Source: Okamejei kenojei (Eukaryota). From it: a DNA stretch of 64,000 bases. Both the position numbers and the translations under genes were made by a program. Position 1 is the stretch's first letter, and every line of letters starts with the position of its first letter. Below, piece by piece: positions 1-12,935 of this stretch. The notes beneath the pieces were generated by a model. That model was given only the letters and a program-made list of their open reading frames with translations, was not told the origin of the DNA and did no database searches. Location: positions 5,146,001-5,210,000 of the forward strand of contig CM069154.1 of NCBI GenBank assembly GCA_035221665.1. Direction: 5' to 3'.

Positions 1-749
1 AAGGCAGAGATGGATGGATTCTTAATTAGTACAGGTGTCTTAGGTTATGGGGAGAAGGCAGGAAAGTGGGGTTAGGAGGGAGAGATGGATCAGCCATGAT
101 TGAATGGCGGAGTAGACTTGATGGGCCGAATGGCCTAATTCTACACTTATCACCTATGAACATTTTACACAGCAATTCAATTGGTAATAAAGTGAAAAGT
201 TCACATTCTGGAGAGCCAGCTTTGAGTTCTAGTCTACGTACTGCTGTCTTTTGGGTGAATGTCAGGATGTACAGAAGTGTCTGCAAGCATTGGTGCCTTT
301 TTGGCAGTGACTCCGATAAATAAAAAGTTTGGAGCTGAGTTCCAGAGGTCACCCCTCACCCTGCCACTATGTCCTACAGTGGTATAGGACAGGCAGCACA
401 CCCTCCCCACTGACGATCAAGGAGCCTCTGTGTAGATAGATGATCAGATCAATCCAGGTCATGTTCATAAGTTATAAGAGCTGAATTAGGACATTCGGCC
501 CATCAAGTCCACTCCGTCATTCATTCAATCATGGATGATCTATCTTTTTCTCTCGACCCCATTCTCCTGCCTTCTCCCCATAATCCCTGACACCCGGACT
601 AATCAAGCATTTATCAATCTCCGCCTTAGAAATACCCATTGGCCTCCCCATCCTTCGATTGCAATGATTTCCACTTGATTCACCACCCTCTGACTAAAGA
701 AATTCCTTCTCATCTCCTATCTCAAAGTATGTCCTTTTATTCTGAGCCT

Positions 750-1075
750 AGGGCACAGATTCATCACCCTCTCTCTCAAGGGTGTCTTGGGTGACTTACT
801 CAGGCTAACTGGGCCACACCAAGGGCCAGCGTAGACATCCAGCGAAAGGTTAGTCTGTGGCAGGGTGTGGTGGAGATGCCCCTCAAAATAAGGGAAGGTA
901 TTCCACGCCAGTGGGCCACATGAGTGGCGAGGGTGAGGGGTAAATTTGTGTAATTTGTGTAAACAGTATTGAATGTATGTTTCGCCTCCGAGAATGTCGG
1001 ATGGAGTTTTGTAAGGATCATGTATTGTATATATTTATTTGTTGAATAAAGTATTTTTTGAAATTAAAAAAAAAA
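750..1075 (+). mobile_element. Poly(A)-tailed retroelement 3' end (L1/Tx1-like; paralog ~28826-29152)
   Basis: Ends ...ttgaataaagtattttttgaaattaaaaaaaaaa (AATAAA followed by an A-tract). No ORF evidence. Confidence 0.45.
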
Positions 1076-3854
1076 CGGAGTCAGAGTTGTTGGTTCAACT
1101 CCCACTCCTGAAGCCCGAGGACTGATGGAGTGCGGTACTGAGGGAGTTCACCACTGCTGGAGGTGAAGTCACTTTGCCGAGGCATTTAGCTGATCTGCTG
1201 ACTGCTCTGTCCCAAGTCACTGAGAAAGGTCACCTGGAGGTAGTTCGTGCCAGAATAGTGGAGAGTCTCCTTGTTCTGGGGGCAAGAGTTATCCGTACAA
1301 ACCAAGATCAACAAGGCAAGCTGTAGGTAGTTATCTCCCTTCTCTACAGGGATCTAGCTGTGTGCAATTTGGCTGCACATAGCACAACGATAATCGTTGA
1401 TGGAAGTCTCTACTGAAACTAGCGAGTGTTGAGCAATTTATCATTAGCACCTCACCCAGTACAGTGAGGCCCGTGGCTAAACATAATTCAAGGCGCTTAG
1501 TAAATAATTCTAAAGAACAGAGCATTTTATAATGGTTCGCACCAGAATAGTGGAGGATCTCCTTGTTCTGGGGCAAGAGGTATCCCATCAACCAAGGACA
1601 CCAAAGTAATCTGTAGAATAGTTTTTTAAAGGGAGCTTGTTGTGTCCAAATTAGATGCACACAAGACTGCAAGGGCGGAAATGTAGAAACAAGGAACTGC
1701 ACATACTGGTTTATACCAAAGATAGGCACAAAGTGTTGGAGCATCTCAGGGGTCAAGCAGTTTCTCTGGAGGATGGGTAACATTTCGGGATGGGACCCTT
1801 CAGAGTGGTCCTGACCTCCCAACTACCCCATTTGAGACCTTGGAACTATCTTTAATCGGATTTTACTAGACTGTATCTTGCACTGAACATTATTCCCTTT
1901 ATCCCGTACCGGTACCCTGTGGATGGCTTGATTGTAATCGTGTTCAGTGTTTTCACTGACTGGATAGCGTAGAGCAGAAAAGCTTTTCACTCCACCTCAG
2001 TACACGTGACTATAATAGGTTAAACTAAAGAGGTTGCCACAGATTCCTTGAATGCAAACATGACAAGTCATCGTGGTGCTTCCTCATTTCAGAAGCGGTT
2101 GGGTTTCACAAGCTTCTTCTATGTGTGACCTGTGGTCTAGGTTCAACATTTCCCACGCTGTTTCTAGCAGGAGTCCTGTGTGACTTTACCACGCTAACCG
2201 AGCCACACCAAGGCCCAGTGTTGGGTTCTGCAGTGCAAGCTCAGTGGGTGAAAACTATTGAGTGAGTTAGAGAGTTGTTGGTTCAGTTCCCACTCCAGAA
2301 CGCCGAGCACAGAGGGAGAGTTGTACTGAGGGAGCTCCGCATTGGAAACATAGAAGCATAGAAAATAGGCGCTGGAGTAGGCCATTTGGCTCTTCGAACC
2401 AGCACCGCCATGCAATATGATCTTGACTGATCAACCTAAATCAGTATCCAGTTCCTGCTTTCTCCCCATATCCCTTGATTCTGTTTTATCCTAAGCGCTG
2501 TGTCTAAAGTTGCTGGAGGTGCTGTCACTCTGATGAGGCATTTAACTGGCCTGCTGCTCTGCTGCCTGCTCTCTCCAGCCGGCTCTCTCTCTTCAGTGTG
2601 GCACGGTGGTGCAGCGGTTAGCTGCTGCCTCACAGCGCCAGAGACCCGGGTTCGATCCTGACTACGGGTGCTGTCTGTGTGGAGTTTGAACGTTCTCACT
2701 GTGACCTCGTGGGTTTCCTCCAGCTGCTCCGGCTTCCTCCCACATCCCTAATACATGCGAGTTTGTAGGTTAAATACCTCTGCAAGATTGTCGCAAATGT
2801 GCAGGGAATGGATGAGAAAGTGGGATAACAGAACTAGTGTGTACAGGTAGACAAAAATGCTTGAGAAACTCAGGGTTTTTATCTACTATAACAGAACTAG
2901 TGTGTACAAGTGATCAATGGTCGGCGTGGACTCGGTGGGCCAATGGGCCTGTTTCCATGCAGTTTCTCTAAACCAAACTAATTCTACTCTTATCACTTAT
3001 GACTCTATGACAAAATTTCAGCCATCTTTTATTACATTGGATTATTTTAATCATTATTCAATATGCAGGGTTTTACACAGCAATTCAATTGGTAGTAAAG
3101 TTAAAAGTTCTGGAGAGCCAGCTTTGAGTTCTAGTCTATGTACTGCTGTCTTTTGGGCGAATGTCAGGATGTACAGACGTGTCTGCAAACATAGGTACAG
3201 AAGTTAGCCATTTGCTACATCGAGTCCACTTCGCTATTCTTCTAACGTGTGTCCACAGTTCAATACTTGTAATCATTTAACCGTTTTTATATCCCCATTG
3301 CTCAATGGTTCAATGGTACTTTATTGTCTCATGCACATGGGTACAGTGAAATTTCTTTTGCACAGAATTCAGTAAATATCTTACTTTATATAAGCACAGC
3401 TGAAGCTAAGGGACAAGAGTGTATCAATAGCAGATTATATGATACAGTACACAAGAGTTGCCACATTTCTGGCGGTATCATATATTCTTAAAGATCAAAT
3501 TGGTAAAAAGCTATTGTCTTATTTTGGGCTTAAAGGCCCGTTGTCATGGAGACGGCACTGGGTGGGAGTTGCAGGCGTCGGCCTGGTCTGGCGATGTTGT
3601 CGGTGCCTCCACCGCCGCTCCGTGCCGCTGCAGGCCGTGTCCGATCCGCGCGCTCGTCCCCGATTTCTGTGGGACCTCCAGCGGCACCCGATCCACCGGC
3701 TGCTGCAGGGCCTCCAGCAGCCCACTCGCGTTCCTCTCCTCCCTCCACCACTGCCGACCCCATCTCCAAGGTCTCGGCTGTTTTTTTCCTTGAATAACAA
3801 TTAAAACACAATTTATAATCTCTACCATCAAATTTTACCCGAGGAAATGACCCA

Positions 3855-4130
3855 GGGCGGCACAGTGGCGCAGCGGTAGAGTTGCTGCCTTACAGCGCCA
3901 GAGACCCGGGTTTGATCATGACTACCGGTGCTGTCTGTACGGAGTTTGTATGTTCTGCCTGTGACAGCGTCGGTTTTCTCCGGGTGCTCCGGTTTCCTCC
4001 CACAATCCAAAGACGTGTAGCTTTGTGGGTTAATTGGCCTCTGTATAATCGTAAATTGTCCTCCGTGTGTATGATAGTGCGAGTGTACGGGGTGATCATT
4101 GGTCGGCGCGGACTTGGTTGGCTGTAGGGC
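3855..4130 (+). mobile_element. tRNA-derived SINE (V-SINE/HE1-like). Further copies at ~2598-2975, 22397-22705, 24085-24470, 25160-25380, 25600-25790, 26431-26700, 35106-35517, 38468-38765, 40232-40505
   Basis: gggcggcacagtggcgcagcggtagag...gggtt(c/t)gatc with A/B boxes, conserved core gtgggttttctccgggtgctccggtttcctcccaca, (AAACT)n tails in several copies. Confidence 0.8.
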
Positions 4131-5901
4131 CTACAGTGCCCTCCATAATGTTTGGGATAAAGACCCATCATTTATTTTATTTGCCTCTGTACTCCACAAT
4201 TTGATAATTGTAATAGAAAAAATCACATGTGGTTAAAGTGCACATTGGTAGATTTTAATAAAAGCCATTTTTATACATTTTGGTTTCACCATGTAGAAAT
4301 TACAGCAGTGTTTATCCATAGTCCCTCCATTTCAGGGCACCTTAATGTTTGGGTCACAGCAATGTCATTTAAATGAAAGTAGTCATGTTTACTATTTTGT
4401 TGCATATCCTTTACATGCAATAACTGCTTGAAGTTTGGGATTCATGGACATCACCAGTTGCTGGGTGTCTCCTCTTATGATGCTCTGCCAGGCCTGTATT
4501 GCAGCCATCTTTAGCTTATGCTTGTTTTGGGAGCTAATCCCCTTCAGTTTTCTCTTCAGCATATAATAGGCATACTCAGTTGGGTTCAGAATGACTTGGC
4601 CACTCAAGAATTTACCATTTTTTAGCTTTGAAAATTTCCTTTGTTGCAATGTGCTTGGAATCATTGTCTTGCTGTAGAATGAATTACCAGCCTATGGGTG
4701 TTGAGGCATTTGTTTGAACTTGAGCAGATAGGATGTTTCTATACACTTCAGAATTCATTATGCTACCACCATCAGCAGTTGTATCATCAATGAAGATAAG
4801 TGAGTCAGTACCTTCAGCAGCCATACATGCCCAGGGCATAACACCCCCACCACCGTGTTTCACAGATGAGGTGGTATGCTTTGGATCTTGGGCAGTTCCT
4901 TCTCTTCTCCATACATTGTTCTTGTCATTACTCTGATATAAGTTAATCTACGTCTCATCTGTCCACAAGATCTTTTTCCAGAACTGTGGTTGCTCTTTTA
5001 AGTACTTTGTGGCAAACTGTAACCTGGCCATCTTATTTTTGTGCCTAACCAGTGGTTTACATCTTGCAGTGTTGCCTCTGTATTTCTGTTCATGAAGTCT
5101 TCTGCGGACAGTGGTCATTGACAAATCCACACCTGACTCCTGAAAAGTGTTTCTGATCTGTCGGACAGGGTGTTTGTTTTTTTTTTCTTTATTATAGAGA
5201 GAATTCTTCTGTCATCAGCTGTGGAGGTCTTCCTTGGCCTGCCAGTCCCTTTGTAATTAGTAAGCTCACCAGAGCACTCTTTAAATAATAATAATAATAA
5301 TAACTTTATTACGGACTCAAGGTCCAAACAAGGGGCAACATTACATTAAAAATGCATTGCATCTCAAATATCATAAATATATATAAAATCATGGTAAATC
5401 ACATAAAAAACATCATAATTTATATATTTTAAAAAAAACACCACAATACTTAAGTTAAAAATCCAGAGTAAAAAATGATCAATGTCGTACAACGAGACAA
5501 CGATACCAGTGTCTCCACAACTGGGATTCGTAGCGTGTAGTGCTAACCCTTATGTTTGTCAAGGCCACAATAAGCACATTTTTAGAGTAATTTATCCTGC
5601 AAATTAATTTATACATGTGGTGTCTTAGGATATCTTCTAGAGTACTGACTCCTGCAGCCACAAACATATTACTGGCACTACACCATCTTGGTTGCCTTAG
5701 CAGTGTTCTCATGGCATCGTTATATGCAACCTTTAGTCTCTGCATACTTGTCTTTAAATAGTTCGACCACAGGTGCGCAGTGTAGAGGGGTGTGCAGTAT
5801 GCTCTAAATATCGACATCTTCACCACATCTGCACACGCACCAAATTTACGCAAGAGGATATTCGCCTGTATATACAGCATGCGTCGTTGCCTATAAATAT
5901 C

Positions 5902-7553
5902 AATTCTATTCAATTCAACTTTAATGTCATTGCACAGATACAAGTATGGGTACAACGAAATGCAGTTTAGTGACAGTACGAAGTGATAGCAATATATAGA
6001 TAAATACAGATAAATAAATACAGATGTGGAAATCTATCGGCGGGACTCCGAGTTCAGCAGTGCGATGGTGTTATTATAGAAGCTACTCCTCATCCTGCTG
6101 GTGCGGGACCTGAGGCTCCTGTACTGCCTCCCCGATGGTAGAAGGGCAAACAGTCCATGGTTAGGGTGGGAGGGGTCCTTGATGATCTTCCCGGCCCGTC
6201 TCAGACACCGTTTTCGGTGGAGGGCATCCATGGCAGGGAACGGGGCACCGATGATGTACTGGGCGGTTTTCACCACCCGTTGTAGTGCCTTCCTGTCTGC
6301 TACGGTGCAACTGCTGTACCATACCGTAAAGCAGGTGGTCAGGATGCTTTCAATGGTACAGCGGTAAAAGTTGGTCAGGATCTGGGAGCAGGTGGGCTTT
6401 TTTGAGCCTCCTCAGGAAGTAAAGGCGCTGCTGCGCCTTTTTGATCAGCTTGAAGGTGTTGAGGGACCAGGACAGATCCTCCGAGATGTGTACCCCGAGG
6501 AATTTGTAGTTGGAGACCCGCTCCACCTCAGACCCGTTTATATGGATGGGGGTGCGTCTGCCCCCTCTGTTCCTTCTAAAGTCAACAATGATTTCCTTCG
6601 TGTTCTGGGAGTTGAGGACGAGGTTATTATCGGCACACCAGGTTTTCAGGTGCTGGACCTCCTCCCTGTAGGCTGACTCGTCGTTGTCGCTGATCAGTCC
6701 TACCACCGTGGTGTCGTCGGCAAATTTTATGATGGCGTTGGAGCTATATTTAGGGATGCAGTCATGGGTGAAGAGAGAGTAGAGGAGAGGACTGAGCACA
6801 CAGCCCTGTGGCACGCCAGTGTTCAGTGTTATAGTGGAGGAGGTGAGGTTGTTGATCCAGTGTCCAATTGCAGAGGGAAATCCAGTGTCCAATTGCAGAG
6901 GGAAGTGGAGATGCCAAGACCGCTGAGTTTGGTGATCAAGCTAGCGGGTATGACAGTGTTAAAGGCGGAGCTGAAGTCAATGAACAGCAACCTGATGTAG
7001 GTGTTATTGCTGTCCAGGTGGGTCAGGGCAGAGTGAAGGGCCGCCGATATGGCGTCCTCTGTAGACCTATTGGTCCGGTAGGCAAACTGATGGGGGTCCA
7101 GTGTGGGGGGGAGGCTGGCTTTGAGGTGAGCCAAGATCAGCCGCTCGAAGCACTTGGCGATGACAGGGGTGAGTGCCACTGGCCGGAAATCGTTGAGACT
7201 CTCTGTCGCTGATTGTTTGGGCACTGGCACAATGGTAGATGTCTTGAGGCAAGTGGGGACGACACCCTGGGCCAGTGACAGATTGAAAATGTCAGTGAGG
7301 ACCAGGGATAGTTGTCCAGCACATGCCCTGAGCACCCGCCCGGGGATGCCATCAGGGCCGGCAGCTTTGTGCTCATTCACCTTGCTCAGTGCATCTTGTA
7401 CAGCAGAGGTGGAGAGACTGAGGGGTTGTTCATGCGGGGGTGGAGCAACTTTGATGGCTGGAGTTTTGTTGTCCCGGTCAAAGCGGGCGTAGAAATTGTT
7501 TAGCTCGTCAGGAAGGGAGGCATTGTCTGGGGTGGGGGGGGTTGACTTTATGG
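5902..7553 (-). mobile_element. Rex1/Babar-like LINE fragment nested in the preceding LINE
   Basis: [47 protein letters not shown]. 6-bp TSD aatatc at 5896-5901 and 7554-7559. Confidence 0.88.
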
Positions 7554-7722
7554 AATATCCTCATCATCTGTCATTTGTTCTGTAATAATATGCCCCTAGA
7601 TATTTTATCTTATTACAGACACTAAGATTGTTGTCAGACAATTTAAAATCAGGATATTTTAGGCTTTTATCCTCTTTGGTTCTACAGACCATAACAGCAC
7701 TCTTACTAGCATTATATTTAAT

Positions 7723-8064
7723 AGAAAACATAGAAACATAGAAATTAGGTGCAGGAGTAGGCCATTCAGCCCTTCGAGCCTGCACGCCATTCAATATGAT
7801 CATGGCTGATCATCCAACTCAGTATCCCGTACCTGCCTTCTCTCCATACCCTCTGATCCCCTTAGCCACAAGGGCCACATCCAACTCACTCTTAAATATA
7901 GCCAATGAACTGGCCTCAACTACCCTCTGTGGCAGAGAGTTCCAGAGACTCACCACTCTCTGTGTGAAAAAAGTCTTTCTCATCTCGGGCCCCTTATCCT
8001 TAAGCTGTGACCCCTTGTCCTGGACTTCCCCAACATCGGGAACAATCTTCCTGCATCTAGCCTG
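7723..8064 (-). mobile_element. CR1 LINE 3' fragment nested in LINE
   Basis: FFTQRVVSLWNSLPQRVVEA motif and (TTTCTATG)n-type tail. It splits the host reading YGLEHD|IKYNASK. Confidence 0.85.
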
Positions 8065-10745
8065 GTCATGTTCCAAACCATACACGGAACATGCAGTAAG
8101 GAGCTGCTGGAGACCAGCGCTAGATGGACTAAAGACCGCAAGATCATCTGCATACATAATATGGTTCACTAAAATATTACCAATCACGCACCCAGTGTTA
8201 CAGGCTTTCAATTGTTTAGACAGATCATCAATATATAGATTAAAAAGGTCTGGGGATAAAATTCCCCCTTGTCTAACACCATTGCTATCCCCAAATGGGG
8301 CTGAGACCCTATTGCCCCATTTTATTTGCATAGTCTGGTGGGCATACCAGTAGGCCAGTATTCTCACAATGTATTTAGGCACCCCTCTTTGACGCATTTT
8401 ACCAAACAGCTTTCTGTGATTAACACGGTCAATGGCTTTGGAAGCATCAATAAAGCACATCTTTCTTCTTAATGATGTTTCAAACAGTTGATTTCGGATA
8501 GCCTCATCTTTGGCTGATGTTTCTAACAGTTTTGTCTTGTTTCTCAGCCTCATAATGGCTTCTTTGACTTTCATTGGCACAACTTTGGTCCTCATGTTGA
8601 TTAACAGCAATAAATGTTTCCAAAGGTGATGGAAAGATTGGAGGAAAGACTAGGTGCTGAGAGATTTCTATTACCTGCATTAAGGAGGCAATTAAACACA
8701 CCTGAGCAATTACAAAAACCTGTGAAGCCATGCGTCCCAAACATTATGGTGGCCTGAAATGGGGGGACTATGTATAAACACAGCTGTAATTTCTACATGG
8801 TGAAACCCAAATGTATAAAAATACCCTTTAATAAAATCTGACAACGTGCACTTTAACCACATGTGATTTTTTCTATTACAAATCTCAAATTGTGGAATAC
8901 AGAGCCAAATAAATAAATGAAGGGTCTTTGTCATAAACATTATGGAGGGCACTGTATGTCCACACTTTATCTCTACAATTCTAAAGTAAATTCCCATCAT
9001 TTCCAATTGAATTTAATGTGAACACCAGAGTGAAGAGATTGCAAACTTTTACCTTTTAAAAGTTGTCACACAGCAGATGGAAACCGGGAAGAGAAGCAGA
9101 ACTCCAAAGAGTACCCAGCGTAACACACCCCAAACACGGCAAACATTCAGCATGATGTCCCTGGAAATCCACGGAAATATTATTACTTCCACACAGAGTT
9201 ATCAAAGATCAATGCTGGCATTTTTTTTTCATCATATTGCACACGGAATCATTCAGTGTGATCCAAGGTTGTGGCGTAGACATTGGTGAGATGTTTATAT
9301 CGCAACATGCACCCATTCCTTGGAGGTGTTCCATGACTACATACATTAACAACTTAGATGTTCATGTTGGTGGTCAGACATACAGCACGAAAACATGTCC
9401 TTTGACCCAATTTCCCCACGCCGACCAAGATGCCCTTATCTACACTAGTCCCATCTGCCGGCCTTAGATGTTAATGTTGGAAGTATGATTAACGAGTTTA
9501 CAGATTACACCAAAATTGTATCATTTTGCATAGTACGCTAATCATAAACCACAGAGGGATAAGAAGTAACTGGTATGTTGGGCAGAGTAATGCCAGCAGG
9601 TATTGAACCGTGATAAGTGTGAAGTGATTTGTTTTTTGGCATCAAATAAGGGTAGACATTGACAACGGTAGGGCCACTGGGTGTACTAAGGACAGAGGGA
9701 CTTTAGTCAGGGCCAAGGAGTATTTATCAATGGACTGCAATGTGATCAGCCACACTTTCTCAAAGTACTGGGACTGATTTTACCGACCAATAGGATACGA
9801 TCCTACCGGACCACCAGTGCTGTCAGTACATAGTTTGTACGTTCTCGCTGTGATCGCAAGAGTTTACTCTGGATTCCCCAATTTCCTCTCACATTCCAAA
9901 GACGTACGGGTTTGTAGTAAATTGTCCCTAGTGTGTAGAACAGAACTGTTGTATGGGGTGATCGCTGCTCAGAGCGGACTCAGTGGGCCAAAGGGTCCAT
10001 TTCCACACTGTATCTTTAAATTGAGCTGAATTGAACTTAACTAATTTGTTCTCAGGTGAGGCTGAGTTGGCTCTTCAAGTTACTAACCTGTTTGGAGGTG
10101 TTTGAACCAGGAGACTCAATGGAACTTGCTTTCTTGTTGGTTGGTGCATCTTGAGTCAGGGTGGTGAGAGTGGTTGTGGTGGAAGCCCTTGTGCTTATTG
10201 TTGTAGAAGTGGTGATGACCATGTCTGGGCGGCTTGTTTGAGACCCTTGTGGAGATAAAGAAAATGAAGTTTTTGAACATTAAATGTCTGAAAGCACGTT
10301 CTGTGCCACTTTAGTGGTGTGGGGGGGAGATTCTTTGTTTGAATCCCACTACACATATTTGGGCAAAGATCCTTCTGAGGCCACCATAGATGGACCATGC
10401 CTCTTGATCTAGACAGGAGGCTCACCCATTAAGATGCCACCGGATGGCCGCAAGCATTCAGAGACTTCTTTCATGCCCTTCAGAGTCCCACGGGCTGTGT
10501 TATCTTCCTGCTGCTAGAGTTAGGCACATGTCTTCTACGTTGGAGAAGAACTTAAAGTGGGAGCGGGTGGATTCATGGACTATTTTAATTACGTGGGCTG
10601 AATTGGAAATAATGCAATTAGGTTGGAGGTATCTACATGAAACATTAACTCTCGTTCTCTCTCCACAGATGCTGCCCAACCCGTTGAGTATTTCATCTTG
10701 TGCAGTTTGTGCGGCTCAGTGTAAAGTCCATATCAGTCATCTCAT

Positions 10746-12261
10746 TTTTGTATTTTTTTTATTTAATTTTATTTTCTTTTAAATTTTATTTTATTAAAAG
10801 TAAGTACAGGAATATGGCACCAAGGTGCCTAATATATATTGACGTTACATTTTATGTACAGCTTCTTATTGTTATTCTTTTTAATAATGAAAAAGAAAAA
10901 GAGAGAAAAGATAATAAAAGATAGAAACATGTGATATATAGTGTGTGAGAAAGAAAAAAGTGTGAAAGAAGAAAGTTGAAAAAGAAAAAGAAAAAAGAAA
11001 GAGAAAGAGTAGAAAGTAAGAGATTAAGGAGATCATTATCTATATTCGTGACTATCCCTCTCCCAATCCTGAAACAGTTAGCTTCTACCATTTTGTTGCA
11101 CCATATGCTTCCAAAAAATGGACAAATGGAGACCAACTCGTTAAAAAATTGGTCTGTTTTATCTATTAGGAGGAATCGCGTTTCCTCAAGATGTGCAGTG
11201 TCCAACATGTTTGAAATCCACATTTTAAGCATTAGTATGGCTGTATTTTTCCAAAAGTTAAGTATACGTTTTTTTGCCGTTATTAACCGATAATTAAAAA
11301 ATAAAATTTGAGATGAGTTCAATTTATTCCCATCTGCCATTACTCCAAATACAATAATTTCAGTATTAGGTTCCATTTTTATCTTAAGTAATTTTGTAAA
11401 TATTTCAAAAATATCACTCCAGAATTTATAACGTTTTATGCAGGAGACAAAAGAGTGTGTTATCGTTGCATTTTGGGATAGACATTTATCACAAATGGGG
11501 GAAGTATTTGGATAGAATTTATTCAATCTAGTTTTTGAGTAATATAATCTATGTAAAATTTTTATTCAATTTTATCTTACATTAATTGAACATTTATGTA
11601 TATATATCAAATACGTTTCCCATGTTTCCTTCATAATTTTTATCATTAATTCTCATTCCCACTCTTCTCTAAGTGCCTCTGTCAATGGTAAATCTATATT
11701 TAAAATACTATCATATAAATATGATATTAATTTCTGTGAGTCAGCCTTAATGTTCATTGCTTCTTCCAGTGGATCTAAAGTTGTTTTGATATCTTTGTAT
11801 GTATTTCTTCATGAAGTCGCAGATCTGAAGATATTTAAAATATTGGTTATTTTTCAGTTAAAATTTTAATTGGAATTGTTGGAATGATAACAGATTTCCC
11901 ATTTCATACATATCACCGATCCTTTTAATTCCCATTCTTTCCCATTGATTATATGTTTTATCAATAAGAGATGGTTTAAATGAAGGGTTATTCACTATTG
12001 GCATTAACAAAGATAGGTTTCTTAATTTTAAGGATAATTTTATTTGTTTCCAAATTCTTATTGTATCATGTATAATTAGGTTATTCTTATATATTGTGTT
12101 GTTCAGTTTTATCGGGGAGAAGAGGATCGCTCCTATATTACAAGGAGAACAGTCCTCTTTCTCCATTCTTATTCATTCTGTCTGTTGGGTAGAACTGTCC
12201 AAGCAGTAAATTATTCTTAATATGCACTGCCCTATAATAATACAAAAAGTTCGGAAGATGA
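10746..12261 (-). mobile_element. L1-like LINE 3' fragment, unit-A specific
   Basis: C-terminal CCHC region (CDKC...H...C), A-rich tail, 17-bp TSD catatcagtcatctcat (10729-10745, 12262-12278). Empty site at ~50704-50720. Confidence 0.9.
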
Positions 12262-12300
12262 CATATCAGTCATCTCATGAGGATTCTTCGTTCATAAGTT

Positions 12301-12935
12301 ATAGAAACATAGAAAATAGGTGCAGGAGGAGGCCTTTCGGCCCTTTGAGCCAGCATCGCCATTCATTGTGATCAGGGCTGAACGTCCCCAATCAATAACC
12401 TATGCCTGCCTTCTCCCCATATCCCTTGATTCCACTAGCCCCGAGAGCTCCATCTAACTCTCTCTTAAATCCATCCAGTCATTTGGACTCCACTGCCCTC
12501 TGTGGCAGGGAATTCCACAAATTCACAACTCTCTGGGTGAAAAAGTTTTTTCTCACCTCAGTCTTAAATGGCCTCCCCTTTATTCTAAGACTGTGCCCCC
12601 TGGTTCTGGACTCGCCCAACATTGGGAACATTTTTCCTTCATCGAGCTTGTCCAGTCCTTTTATAATTTTATATGTTTCTATAAGATCTCCACTCATCCT
12701 CCTAAACTCCAGTTTAGAGCCTAGTCTTTTCAATCTTTCCTCGTGTGACAGTCCCGCCATCCCATGGATCAATCTCGTGAACCTACGCTGCATTGCCTCA
12801 ATCATAAAGATGTCCTTCCTGAAATTAGGAGTACAAAACTGGACACAATACTCCAGATGTGGTCTTACCAGACCCCTATACAACTGCAGAAGAACCTCTC
12901 CACTCCTGTACTGAAATCCTCTTGCAATGAAGTTC
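12301..12935 (-). mobile_element. CR1 LINE 3' fragment
   Basis: LYRGLVRPHLEYCVQF and RTRGHSLRI...FFTQRVVNLWNSLP. Confidence 0.9.

Larger units (their letters stand above)
5283..8459 (-). mobile_element. 5'-truncated non-LTR retrotransposon (clade unresolved) inserted in Tc1
   Basis: RT motifs GVRQGGILSP and YADD (7819-8610), C-terminal ORF 5479-5955, (TTA)n 3' tail, short tcttt duplication at the ends. Confidence 0.82.
4134..8954 (-). mobile_element. Tc1/mariner DNA transposon (IR/DR type, defective) with nested LINEs, unit A
   Basis: TA|cagtgccctccataatgtttggg ... cattatggagggcactg|TA, inverted repeats ~220 bp. Transposase fragments GRPRKTS, KPLVRHKNKMARLQFA, ILWTDET. Confidence 0.92.

Noticed and set aside
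3439-3831. Six overlapping ORFs on both strands as an overlapping-gene system
   Set aside because: High GC content depletes stop codons. Only the minus-strand phase-2 frame has a splice acceptor matching the TM exon.
3855-3930. tRNA gene
   Set aside because: The tRNA-like head runs straight into a SINE body repeated about ten times in the window.
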